35,605 nucleotides of DNA from positions 1-35,605 of the forward strand of contig JWZX01001991.1 in NCBI GenBank assembly GCA_001275005.1. The letters run 5' to 3'. Within the stretch, counting starts at the first letter, position 1; each line of letters starts with the position of its first letter. Shown piece after piece: positions 8,914 through 18,237 of this stretch. A program made the position numbers and the translations under genes. The DNA is from Chrysochromulina tobinii. Lineage: Eukaryota. The notes under the pieces were generated by a model, which saw only the letters and a program-made list of their open reading frames with translations, did not search any database and was not told where the DNA came from.

Positions 8914-10803
8914 TTACGCTCGCAGACGAACCCACTCGCAGCCGGCTTCGCGCTTTGCCAGCACGAGGGTCACACGCGCCCGTTGCTTCGAGAGGACGCA
9001 CTGGCTCCTGCTCGGGTCGATCGCCCGATACAGCGCCCCCACGTCGAAGAAGAGGCGCTGCAGGCTGCCCGTACTCGAGAGTGCAACGACACGCAGCCGG
9101 CACGACGTCTCCGAAAACTCGCACGCCTCAACGGCAGGAGGTGCCCCCGGCGCCGTCACGGGCGCTGTAACGGCCGGAGGTGCGCCAGGCGCCGTCACGG
9201 GCGCTGTAACGGCCGGAGGTGCGCCAGGCGCCGTCACGGGCGCTGTAACGGCCGGAGGTGCGCCCGGCGCCGTCGCGGGCGCCATCGCGCGCGCCACCGA
9301 GCCGAGTGAGAGCACCACGCGTACCTGCCCGGCGGTTTGGCTCCACTGGTAGCCGCGCTTCTCAAGGGAGACGAGAGGGCCCAAACACGACGCCACGGCG
9401 CGCTCGCGATCGCTCACGAGAGTTCGCACGTCACCGACGCCATCAGCTTCATAGGGACCGTCCGCTAGTGGTTCGTCAGCTTCGTCAGCTTCATAGGGAC
9501 CGTCCGCTAGTGGTTCGTCAGCTTCGTCAGCTTCATAGGGACCGTCCGCTAGTGGTTCGTCAGCTTCGTCAGCTTCATAGGGACCGTCCGCTTTTGGTTC
9601 GTCAGCTTCGTCAGCTTCCTCAGCTTCCTCAGCTTTGTCAGTGGGACCATCCGTGAATGGTTGAGCGATTGGTGCCGCCGGCGCAGCAGGCTGCCCCCGC
9701 GACTGTGGCGACTGCGACTGTGGCGACTGCGACGATGGTGACGAGGTAGACGATGGTGGCGGCTGGGATGGTGGCGAGGAGGGGGGCGGCTGGGATAGTG
9801 ACGAGGAGGGGGGCGGCTGGGATGGAGGCGAGGAGGGGGGCGGCTGGGATGGTGACGAGGAGGCCGATGGTGGTGGGAGACGTGTGGGCAGCATGAGCGC
9901 CGTGCCGGCAGGCCGACCGTCACACAGCTCTGGCCACGAGCATGTGCACTGCTTCTCCGTCTCGAGGACGCGGCGAACGGTCACCGAGACTCGGCGCACT
10001 CGAGTATACCACTTCCAGGGCTCCTCCCGAGATCGCTCCTCCCGAGATCGCTCCTCCCGAGATCGCTCCTCCCGTGATCGCTCCTCCCGAGATCGCTCCT
10101 CCCGAGATCGCTCCTCCCGAGATCGCTCCTCCCGAGATCGCTCATCGTCGTTGAGTGCTTCCACAGAAGGCGTCGGCACTGCACAGCTGGCGGCAAGCTC
10201 CACGCGGTCGAACTTGCGGCCGCTGATCGAGTGCTTCCACTGATACCGTGCGGCTCCACGCAAGATCAGCAGCGAGCGCGGCGGCAGCCAAATGGACAGG
10301 TCCGCGCCGTCGCTCGCGCGCTGCAGTCGGAAGGCACAGCCGCCGCCGAGTGTGAGCGAGGCAATGCCGTCCTCAAACGCAGAGTGCGTGTCCACGTGCG
10401 ACGCAATGCCTATGCCCGGCACGTATTCGTTGATCGTGCACTGGATGCACGAGGCATCGGCGTTCAGCCAGGGCACCAGAGCTGGCTGCGCCGTGCACAA
10501 TCGCTGCACGAGCGGGATGCGCAAATCCTCTGGCAATGGCGTCGCGTCGTCGCCAACAGTCTTCTTATGGTAGTCGAACCGGCGGCCGTAATGCTGCGTG
10601 CGCCGCCGGATCGTCACATCCCACGACTGAGCGTCAATGGTCTTCAGCATCACGGACTCCTCATCTTCGGTGACGAAATCGTGGTGGAGAGTTAGTCCTT
10701 CGATGACACTCGGCACTAGCCGCAGTGCGAGCGGCACCTTTTCGGGGTCGTCGTCGGGCGGCAGCGAAGGAGGCTGGGACCGGGACGTGCCGTAAGGTGC
10801 CAT
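8914..10803 (-). CDS. ALKBH8-like 2OG-Fe(II) dioxygenase fused to a C-terminal CS (p23/SGT1-like) domain
   Basis: RRTQHYG.FDY, QCTINEYVPGIGIASHVDTHSAF, WKHSI, RRVSVTVR and the ALKBH8-type Zn motif CTCSWPELCD; CS motifs YQWSQT..VRVVL, LYRAIDPSRS, VTLVLAK..W. Probable start MAPYG at 10803. Confidence 0.85.
   Translation of the reverse strand: MAPYGTSRSQPPSLPPDDDPEKVPLALRLVPSVIEGLTLHHDFVTEDEESVMLKTIDAQSWDVTIRRRTQHYGRRFDYHKKTVGDDATPLPEDLRIPLVQRLCTAQPALVPWLNADASCIQCTINEYVPGIGIASHVDTHSAFEDGIASLTLGGGCAFRLQRASDGADLSIWLPPRSLLILRGAARYQWKHSISGRKFDRVELAASCAVPTPSVEALNDDERSREERSREERSREERSREERSREERSREERSREERSREEPWKWYTRVRRVSVTVRRVLETEKQCTCSWPELCDGRPAGTALMLPTRLPPPSASSSPSQPPPSSPPSQPPPSSSLSQPPPSSPPSQPPPSSTSSPSSQSPQSQSPQSRGQPAAPAAPIAQPFTDGPTDKAEEAEEADEADEPKADGPYEADEADEPLADGPYEADEADEPLADGPYEADEADEPLADGPYEADGVGDVRTLVSDRERAVASCLGPLVSLEKRGYQWSQTAGQVRVVLSLGSVARAMAPATAPGAPPAVTAPVTAPGAPPAVTAPVTAPGAPPAVTAPVTAPGAPPAVEACEFSETSCRLRVVALSSTGSLQRLFFDVGALYRAIDPSRSQCVLSKQRARVTLVLAKREAGCEWVRLRA
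9132..9282. repeat. 39-bp coding minisatellite (TAPGAPPAVTAPV), about 4 copies, inside the CS domain
   Basis: CGGCCGGAGGTGCGCCAGGCGCCGTCACGGGCGCTGTAA units. Confidence 0.9.
9443..9618. repeat. 42-bp coding minisatellite (EADEADEPLADGPY), about 4 copies
   Basis: TCAGCTTCATAGGGACCGTCCGCTAGTGGTTCGTCAGCTTCG units with period 42. Confidence 0.9.
9755..9862. repeat. 27-bp coding minisatellite (SQPPPSSPP), about 4 copies
   Basis: GGCGGCTGGGAT..GAGGAGGGG units with period 27. Confidence 0.85.
10021..10143. repeat. 15-bp coding repeat (ERSRE) x8 in an AlkB-domain loop
   Basis: CTCCTCCCGAGATCG x8, almost perfect. Confidence 0.95.
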
Positions 10804-11182
10804 CTTCGTGGAGCGGAGTGAGTGAGGGTAGGAGGAGCGTGCGCGAGAGTTTGCGTGAACCAAGGTGTGATCGCCGGTCCGGTGTCTTGGGTGTCGAATT
10901 ATAAACATTGGCTGTGAAGAAAAGAAGGAGAGATTGGGTGTCCTTGTACAATTGTATCTGAAGAGGAAGAAGCGGCCTCGGAATGGTTCCCCATCGTGCA
11001 GACCCGGACATCATGCTCGCGAGGGCGATCCGGCCGGGACCAGCCCGCACGCTCACAAACAGCACGCGCACACTCATATCCCAGCGTGGCAGCCCATCGG
11101 ATCTCACCCGACGCGAGACAACTCCGCCAGTTGGAGTGGCCGAGCTCGCGACGCCGCGCGACGCAGCCGTGGCCGAACAGAC

Positions 11183-11911
11183 TCACAATTCTGTCTCAGA
11201 GAGAGTGGCTGAGATTAAGTCCAAGAAGAGGTCATGCACCGGTTCGCCTTCAGGGCCGCCATCGTTCACGACGTCGGCATACCACGACTTCGTGGCCTCC
11301 GGGTGGGGCCCAATGACGCCCACTTTCCCATCACCAAACGGGACGACAATCGCAGCAGCATCGCCGTTGGTGTAGGTTGCGAGCACTTCTCCAGCGATTC
11401 GGCCCGTGACTTGTTCCGCCGGTAGCTTCACGAAAGACGGCCCGCCCTGGAAGAAGATGCGAGCATTATTTGATCTCCACTCAACTTCGACCAGTGTCTG
11501 GTTCATGTCTGTCACATCGGCGCCTTCCGTCTCCTTGTAATCGTGTGCATCCCAGCCGGCTTCAGAGAGCAAATCGAACCCTTCGAAGTCATCATCCTCG
11601 GCACCTTTTGACGAAAGGAAGGCACCCATGCAAATGCCGACATATCGCCCTCCGCCCCGAACGTACTCTCTGATAGCTGACTTCACTGGGCCTACAGCAG
11701 CCCACGCTTCAGCCATGTCATCACCCCCACCGGGTTGGATGTAAATGGCAGGTTGAAGTGTAGCCAGAGCAGTTGGCACGTCCATGTCGCAATGGTCACC
11801 AGCAAACACCACTTCGAAGTGCGATCCGAGCGCCTCCTGCACAGCTGCAGGGCATTCGGAGTCCTCAGGGGAGGCTGCTCCACAGTAGACCACCGCGACA
11901 GGGTTCGCCAT
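11183..11911 (-). CDS. stand-alone BPL_N / class I glutamine-amidotransferase-like protein
   Basis: YIQPGGG, IREYVRGGGRYVGICMGAF (nucleophile-elbow Cys), FFQGGP, GKVGVIGPHPE (His-x-Glu). Probable start MANPV at 11911. Confidence 0.85.
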   Translation of the reverse strand: MANPVAVVYCGAASPEDSECPAAVQEALGSHFEVVFAGDHCDMDVPTALATLQPAIYIQPGGGDDMAEAWAAVGPVKSAIREYVRGGGRYVGICMGAFLSSKGAEDDDFEGFDLLSEAGWDAHDYKETEGADVTDMNQTLVEVEWRSNNARIFFQGGPSFVKLPAEQVTGRIAGEVLATYTNGDAAAIVVPFGDGKVGVIGPHPEATKSWYADVVNDGGPEGEPVHDLFLDLISATLSETEL

Positions 11912-12418
11912 CGATCGGGAGAGAGCCGAGCGCGAGTTTGCGGCGGACGCTCGCGCGAATGTGGTCAAAATCTCAAAAACTCCAAGTCATTGCAAGCCAC
12001 GTGTCCATCTGGATCTACCGGGACCACCCACACCAGCTATCTGTATCTCCTGTACCCGATGGCAATATGGGCACTAAGCACTGATTCCGGTTATATCCCG
12101 CGCGGCCGATGTTACGTCTGAAGGTGACGTGTATTATTATAGGCCGATGGCGCTGCGACGTGCGAGCCAGCCGGATCCACACGCGCTTACGATTTAATGG
12201 ACGGTCGTATGAAAGAATTTCTTACTGATCTTAGACTCTCCGGCCGCCACAGCTCACTCGTCACTGGCGGCGCCCGACAGCACACTGTGGCGCACTCCAC
12301 TCGGTTTGTCGGTGATCGGTGCACGCACTGTCTGAAGTGTGCCGCACACCACATCAACACACCGCGCCCCTCCCAGACTGCACATAGGTCTGCGCCCCTC
12401 GCGCGCAGGCGTGGTGAG

Positions 12419-12994
12419 CTAGCGTGGCGAACCGCGCCCACCGAGCTGCGCGAGGGCCTGCCATCGCGCCATGTCTGCGCGTAGCTTCGAGAGCTCCCAC
12501 ACAATCCCTGCAAGGTCCTTGTGTAGGTCCATGAAGCGTGTCTCATGCGTACGCTGCAGAGCCTCAATTTGCTGCTCCACGCGCTCCACTGTCGCCTGCA
12601 CGTTTGATTCGCTGATGCTGAGTGCGGCCTCGGTGCGCATCGAGAACTCGGCGAGTTCACCATCAAGGCTGCTCGCCCTGCGGCCTGATAGTGACCGGAG
12701 TGATGCGACGAGCCCATAGCATAGAGGGAAGATCGTCATCAGCAGAAGGAAGAACTCGTCGATCTCGAGCTGCGAAAGTAGCGTGGTAGCCTCTGCAACC
12801 ACTGCTGCAAAAACGTCCCCCACGAGGAGTGGCGGATAGATGGGTGGATGCTGAGGCGGTGAAGGCCAAGGGTGCGGTGCGGCTGGCGGCGGGGGATGAT
12901 GTACGACGTGAGCAGCGTTCATCGGCGGGGGATGGTGTGCAGCCGCGTTGCATTGGACAAAGAAAGAGAACAAGAGGATCAAGGACGATTGCAT
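12419..12994 (-). CDS. hypothetical protein: signal peptide, His/Pro-rich segment, TM helix, coiled coil
   Basis: MQSSLILLFSFFVQCNA signal-like start; FFLLLMTIFPLCYGLV TM; heptad-like VERVEQQIEALQR..LSKLRADM. Confidence 0.6.
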   Translation of the reverse strand: MQSSLILLFSFFVQCNAAAHHPPPMNAAHVVHHPPPPAAPHPWPSPPQHPPIYPPLLVGDVFAAVVAEATTLLSQLEIDEFFLLLMTIFPLCYGLVASLRSLSGRRASSLDGELAEFSMRTEAALSISESNVQATVERVEQQIEALQRTHETRFMDLHKDLAGIVWELSKLRADMARWQALAQLGGRGSPR

Positions 12995-13068
12995 GTCTCT
13001 CAGCGTTATTCCCAGGGGAGGCGGGTTTTGCGGCAGCATTCGCACCCGCCAAATGCAGCACGGAGTGC

Positions 13069-13312
13069 GAAAAAGTCAAGTCAAGTCAAGTCAAGTCAAG
13101 TCGGCTCGAGATCGGCCCGTTTATTTCTCACCTACTTGTTCTCCGAGGGCACGTATGTCAGCACTTATGACGTGTCACCTCTAGATGGACCCCCTCCGTC
13201 ATCTCCGCCTACTCCCGTCCTCCCCTGCTGGCTTCCGGAGCACATTCGATAGGCTTCCGTATGGTTGTCTGTTGTTTATGTATAGACTTGACTTGACTTG
13301 ACTTGACTTTCG
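13069..13312. repeat. about 240-bp segment bounded by inverted pentanucleotide arrays (AAGTC)6 ... (GACTT)5
   Basis: (AAGTC)6 at 13073-13102 and its reverse complement (GACTT)5 at 13285-13309; outer flanks CGAAA / TTTCG. Confidence 0.85.
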
Positions 13313-13677
13313 AGGGCCTTTCTAAATTAGGTTTGGGTGGGAGCAATGTTCACATCAGACGAGAAAGGTCTTTAACGACAACGAGAGTACCGACCTTGGC
13401 TCCGTTGGCTAGCCAAATCATGGGCCCTGGTCGCGCCGACAGGGAACCGAATGTATCCTGTTAGCGGCCCCTGCAGGAATCCAGCTGATGCTGTTCAACA
13501 CAACGCGCAAGCTCCGGACCCCCAAGCACGAGAGTCTCTATCGCTATGGACGGAGTTGTGGCCGAACTTGTCTCATTCACATGAACAGGCAGCAGCAAGG
13601 ACGGCTGCACAGAATGCTGCAGGGCAGAACAAGAAACCTTCACTCGCGATTTCCTCGCAGCAACACCCGGGGCGCGG

Positions 13678-16600
13678 ATGAAAACATCGTGGGAATTACT
13701 CGTTGCCGCCGCCCTGCTGGGCGCGTGCGCCGAGAGCGCAAAGTCACTCGACCAGCACGTCGCCCCGACGCATGCACGCCGAGTGCTGTTCGCCGGTCTG
13801 CATTCGCCGCCTCGAGAGAATCTTGCACCACCGCAGCAACCGCTGGCGTCGCCGCCTTCGTCGCCGCCCTTGCCGCCTAAAAAGCCTCCCAGACCAGCGC
13901 AGCCTGGCTGGCACGTCGAGCGCCAGGGCCGCAGGCGTTACCCTCCCCCACGGGACTATGCGCAGGAGCTCCAGCCGGGCGGCCACCCGACGGCGTTCGC
14001 ACCACCCAACTGCTCGGCACGAGGGCGGGTGGGCTGCCTTGCGATGCCGAAGCCGGCCCGTGCGAAGCCTGCAGAAGGCGTTCGAGCTGCGCTCTTGCCA
14101 CCTACGTGCACCTTGTCCTCCGAGCCGGGGTGCCTGCGCCTTCCAAAGCCGTTGGCGAGGACGGGGCACGAGCTGCTTGATGGTGACGGACTTGTACTTC
14201 GATTCAGGAAGCTTCTGCCCAGCGGCAGCCCGTCCACGACATCGCTCGCGGTGGCGGACGTGGACGGCGACGGCGACCTCGACGTGCTGCTTGGGAACGA
14301 CGGCGATCCCAGCCTAGTGCTGCTCAACGCGGGCGACGGCACCTTCCCGATGAACATCACGCTGCCCGGCGGCGGCGCGACCACGCTTTCTATCGCGGCG
14401 GCGGACGTGGACGGCGACGGCGACCTCGACGTGCTGCTTGGGAACTGGGGCAGTTCCAGCGTAGTGCTGCTCAACGCGGGCGACGGCACCTTCCCGACGA
14501 GCATCGAGCTGCCACTGATTTCAAGCTTTTCTACTCTCACGGGCAACAAGTCGATCACGTACGCGATGACGTACGCGATCGCGGCAGCGGACGTGGACGG
14601 CGACGGCGACCTCGACGTGCTACTTGGAAACAATGGCAGTCCGAGCCGAGTGCTGCTCAACGCGGGCGACGGCACCTTCCCGACGAGCATCGACCTGCCC
14701 GGCGGCAGCGCGGTCACGCGCTCGATCGCGGCAGCGGACGTGGACGGCGACGGCGATCTCGACGTGCTGCTTGGGAACTGGGGCAGTTCCAGCCGCGTGC
14801 TGCTCAACGCGGGCGGCGGCACCTTCTTGACGAGCATCGAGCTGCCCGGCGGCGGCGCGAACACGCTTTCTATCGCGGCGGCGGACGTGGACGGCGACGG
14901 CGACCTCGACGTGCTGCTTGGGAACTGGGGCGATCCCAGCCGCGTGCTGCTCAACGCAGGCAACGGCACCTTCCCGACGAGCATCGCGCTGCCCGGCGGC
15001 AGCACGTACACGAGCGCGATCGCGGCGGCGGACGTGGACGGCGACGGCGACCTCGACGTGCTGCTTGGGAACTCTGGCAGCAGCCGAGTGTTGCTCAACG
15101 CGGGCGACGGCACCTTCCCGACGAGCATCGAGCTGCCCGGCGGCAGCGCGGGGGGCACGAAGTCGATCGCGGCGGCGGACGTGGACGGCGATGGCGACCT
15201 CGACGTGCTGCTAGTAAACGTTGGCAATCTCAGACTCCAAGTGCTCCTCAACGGGCTCAACGTGGGCGACGGCACCTTCCCGACGAGCATCGAGCTGCCC
15301 GGAGGCGGCGGCGGGGAAAAGACCTCGATCGCGGCTGCGGACGTGGACGGCGACGGCGACCTCGACGTGCTGCTTGGGAACTGGGGCAGTCCCAGCGTAA
15401 TGCTGCTCAACGCGGGCGATGGCACCTTCCCGACGAGCGTCGAGCTGCCCGGCGGCAGCGCGAACACGTTCTCGATCGCGGCGTCGGACGTGGATGGCGA
15501 CGGCGACCTCGACATGCTGCTTGCAAACGTTGGCAGTTCCAGCGTAATGCTGCTCAACGCGGGCGATGGCACCTTCCCGACGAGCATCGCGCTGCCCGGC
15601 GGCAGCGTGGGGGGCACGTACTCGATCGCGGCGGCAGACGTGGACGGCGACGGCGACCTCGACGTGCTGCTTGGTGGAAACGAGGGCCCCAGCCGAGTGT
15701 TGCTCAACGCGGGCGACGGCACCTTCCCGACGAGCATCGAGCTGCCCGGCGGCGGCGCGACCACGCTTTCTATCGCGGCGGCGGACGTGGACGGCGACGG
15801 CGACCTCGACGTGCTGCTTGGAAACTGGGGCAGTCCCAGCGTAATGCTGCTCAACGCGGGCGACGGCACCTTCCCGACGAGCATCGAGCTGCCCGGAGGC
15901 GGCGCGATCAGGTTCTCGATCGCGGCAGCGGACGTGGACGGCGACGGCGACCTCGACATGCTGCTTGGGAACTATGGCAGTCCCAGCGTAGTGCTGCTCA
16001 ACGTGGGCGACGGCACCTTCCCGACGAGCATCGAGCTGCCCGGCGGCAGCGCGAACACGTTCTCGATCGCGGCGGCGGACGTGGACGGCGACGGCGACCT
16101 CGACGTGCTGCTTGGGAACGATGACAGTTCCAGCGTAGTGCTGCTCAACGCGGGCGACGGCACCTTCCCGACGAGCGTCGAGCTGTCCGGCGGCAGCGCA
16201 AACACGCAGTCGATCGCGTTAGCGGACGTGGACGGCGACGGCGACCTGGACGTGCTGCTCGGGAACGAAGGCGGTCCCAGCCTTCTGCTGCCCTTTATCA
16301 GATGCTCTCAGCCTGGCACTGCACGCAGCCGCTTCGGCAACGGATGTGTTCGCTGCCCCGCTCCCTCCTCACGCCGCGACGACAGTTTTGATATCTGCTT
16401 CGAGTGTGAAGAGCACACGGAGCTCGACTACCGCGGCGAATGCTCCTCCTGCAAGCCCGGCAGCGATCGCTCCGTGGGAGCCGCGGAGTGCACCGCCTGC
16501 CCGCGCGGCAAGCGCCAAGGTAAGGCTGGCACATTCTGTGTCGACTGCTCCCCGGGCTCGTACGCTCCGTATGACGGCCTCTTTGGCCCCACGTGCTCGA

Positions 16601-18237
16601 CTGTTGATGCAGCCGCGAGTCTGGTTGCAGCAGCGCCTGCCGTAATACCGGTACAGATCGTGGCAGCCCTCCTCTCCATGGCTGCACTTCTCGTGGGACT
16701 TTGGTTGGCGGTTGCCTGCTGTCGCCGTCGCCGTCGGCGGCAGCTATGGCACAATCACATGTGCACCCAGCAAGATGAGGGTGTGAGCCTTCCGTTGGCC
16801 CAGTTGCGGGATCCTCTCAAGAGTTCGGGCGGAAGCTCCGACGCGGCAGTCCCAAGTGTGAGTTCCGACGAGTCGACGCACCTCGAGGTGGTGGACTTCT
16901 CGACGCTCACGATGGCCAGGCCGATCGGAAAGGGCGGCTTCGCAACCGTCTGGATGGCACGGTGGCAGGGCACGACCCTGGCTGTCAAAGTCCTTCACGT
17001 GGCGAATGAGAACTTTGACGGGTCGGCGCTCCAGGAGGTGGCCATCCTTCGTCGTCTGCGCCACCCGTGCATCTGCGCCCTCTTCGGCCACATGCGGTTT
17101 GAGCAGCAGCCCGCGCTCGTCCTCGAGTACATGGCCGGCGGCTCGCTCGCCGCGTACCTTTTCCAGCCTTCTCCGACGTCAAACGGGCATGTCCAGACCG
17201 GCCTGCACGACGCGTTCTCACGGGGGCTTTCGAGCCTGGCTTCCTTGTACCATCGTGTCACGAGTGGGGCGAGGTCCGTTTCCGCACGTGAAGCGGCGCC
17301 CGACGGCTACACACTGCAGGAGGCGCCGCGGTATCCGCGTCCAGCAACCCCTGATTTCGACAAGCACCTTGGGTTTGCTGTGCAGCTGGCAAGCGGGCTG
17401 AGCTTCCTCCACTCGAACGGCATCCTGCACTGCGACGTCAAGACGGATAATGCTCTGCTCGACGTGACCCTCACCGTGTGCAAGCTCGCCGACTTTGGCT
17501 TGGCGAGACTCTCCCTGAACCAGGTGAGGCGTACCGGGGGGGGCGCAGGCCTCCCCTGGGGGGGAGGGACACTGCGGTATCTGGCGCCTGAGATCGTGGA
17601 GGCGAACAATGCGAGCCTCGAACGTGGCGACTGTAGCAGCGTCAGCTCCAAACACCGCACGCTCGTCAGCTGCGCGGACCGCACGGATGTCTATGCCTTT
17701 GCACTGCTGCTCTATGAGCTCCTGCATGAGCGCCGCGCCTTTGAGGCGATGTCGGGGATAGATGCCTGCCTCAGCGCCATGCGGGGGCAGCGGCCGCCGA
17801 TCTCGCTACCCCCCAATCTCCATGGGCTCGCAGACCTTATGCAGGAGAGTTGGGCGCAGCGCCCAGAGGACCGCCCGATCATGAGCACCGTGCTCGAGAG
17901 GCTCGAAGCGTGCATGCAAGCCCATTGCGTGCGATCAGGCAAGCAGCCGCAATCTGTGATCTCAGAGGATCATGCTCATGGTCACGCTGAAGCATCCTCC
18001 TCTCGGCCCACTCATGTGGAAGCATCCTCTTCTCGGCCCACTGCTGAAGCATCCTCCTCTCGGCCCACTGCTGGAGCATCCTCCTCTCGGCCCACTGCTG
18101 AAGCATCCTCCTCTCGGCCCACTGCTGAAGCATCCTCCTCTCGGCCCACTGCTGCGCCTTCGAAGACCGACCAAATCGGAGAGCACATCCAGCGCAATCT
18201 CCAGTTTTGGCGCAACCTCAACATACACCAACCTTGA
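13678..18237 (+). CDS. receptor-like protein kinase: signal peptide, 14 FG-GAP/VCBS repeats, Cys-rich (ephrin-receptor-like) stalk, TM, TKL-type non-RD kinase
   Basis: Signal MKTSWELLVAAALLGACA; 14x AAADVDGDGDLDVLLGN; CxxC..G repeats; TM IVAALLSMAALLVGLWLAVACC then RRRRRR; kinase GKGGFA, AVK, HCDVKTDN, DFG, GTLRYLAPE, DVYAF. Confidence 0.93.
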   Translation: MKTSWELLVAAALLGACAESAKSLDQHVAPTHARRVLFAGLHSPPRENLAPPQQPLASPPSSPPLPPKKPPRPAQPGWHVERQGRRRYPPPRDYAQELQPGGHPTAFAPPNCSARGRVGCLAMPKPARAKPAEGVRAALLPPTCTLSSEPGCLRLPKPLARTGHELLDGDGLVLRFRKLLPSGSPSTTSLAVADVDGDGDLDVLLGNDGDPSLVLLNAGDGTFPMNITLPGGGATTLSIAAADVDGDGDLDVLLGNWGSSSVVLLNAGDGTFPTSIELPLISSFSTLTGNKSITYAMTYAIAAADVDGDGDLDVLLGNNGSPSRVLLNAGDGTFPTSIDLPGGSAVTRSIAAADVDGDGDLDVLLGNWGSSSRVLLNAGGGTFLTSIELPGGGANTLSIAAADVDGDGDLDVLLGNWGDPSRVLLNAGNGTFPTSIALPGGSTYTSAIAAADVDGDGDLDVLLGNSGSSRVLLNAGDGTFPTSIELPGGSAGGTKSIAAADVDGDGDLDVLLVNVGNLRLQVLLNGLNVGDGTFPTSIELPGGGGGEKTSIAAADVDGDGDLDVLLGNWGSPSVMLLNAGDGTFPTSVELPGGSANTFSIAASDVDGDGDLDMLLANVGSSSVMLLNAGDGTFPTSIALPGGSVGGTYSIAAADVDGDGDLDVLLGGNEGPSRVLLNAGDGTFPTSIELPGGGATTLSIAAADVDGDGDLDVLLGNWGSPSVMLLNAGDGTFPTSIELPGGGAIRFSIAAADVDGDGDLDMLLGNYGSPSVVLLNVGDGTFPTSIELPGGSANTFSIAAADVDGDGDLDVLLGNDDSSSVVLLNAGDGTFPTSVELSGGSANTQSIALADVDGDGDLDVLLGNEGGPSLLLPFIRCSQPGTARSRFGNGCVRCPAPSSRRDDSFDICFECEEHTELDYRGECSSCKPGSDRSVGAAECTACPRGKRQGKAGTFCVDCSPGSYAPYDGLFGPTCSTVDAAASLVAAAPAVIPVQIVAALLSMAALLVGLWLAVACCRRRRRRQLWHNHMCTQQDEGVSLPLAQLRDPLKSSGGSSDAAVPSVSSDESTHLEVVDFSTLTMARPIGKGGFATVWMARWQGTTLAVKVLHVANENFDGSALQEVAILRRLRHPCICALFGHMRFEQQPALVLEYMAGGSLAAYLFQPSPTSNGHVQTGLHDAFSRGLSSLASLYHRVTSGARSVSAREAAPDGYTLQEAPRYPRPATPDFDKHLGFAVQLASGLSFLHSNGILHCDVKTDNALLDVTLTVCKLADFGLARLSLNQVRRTGGGAGLPWGGGTLRYLAPEIVEANNASLERGDCSSVSSKHRTLVSCADRTDVYAFALLLYELLHERRAFEAMSGIDACLSAMRGQRPPISLPPNLHGLADLMQESWAQRPEDRPIMSTVLERLEACMQAHCVRSGKQPQSVISEDHAHGHAEASSSRPTHVEASSSRPTAEASSSRPTAGASSSRPTAEASSSRPTAEASSSRPTAAPSKTDQIGEHIQRNLQFWRNLNIHQP
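14215..16290 (+). repeat. about 147-bp coding tandem array, 14 FG-GAP units
   Basis: GACGTGGACGGCGACGGCGACCTCGAC recurs 14 times at about 147-bp spacing. Confidence 0.95.
17987..18153 (+). repeat. 27-bp coding repeat (AEASSSRPT) x6 in the kinase tail
   Basis: GCTGAAGCATCCTCCTCTCGGCCCACT units. Confidence 0.9.

Noticed and set aside
13956..15959. 667-aa antisense ORF
   Set aside because: A shadow of the GC-rich FG-GAP repeat array, with no independent protein features.
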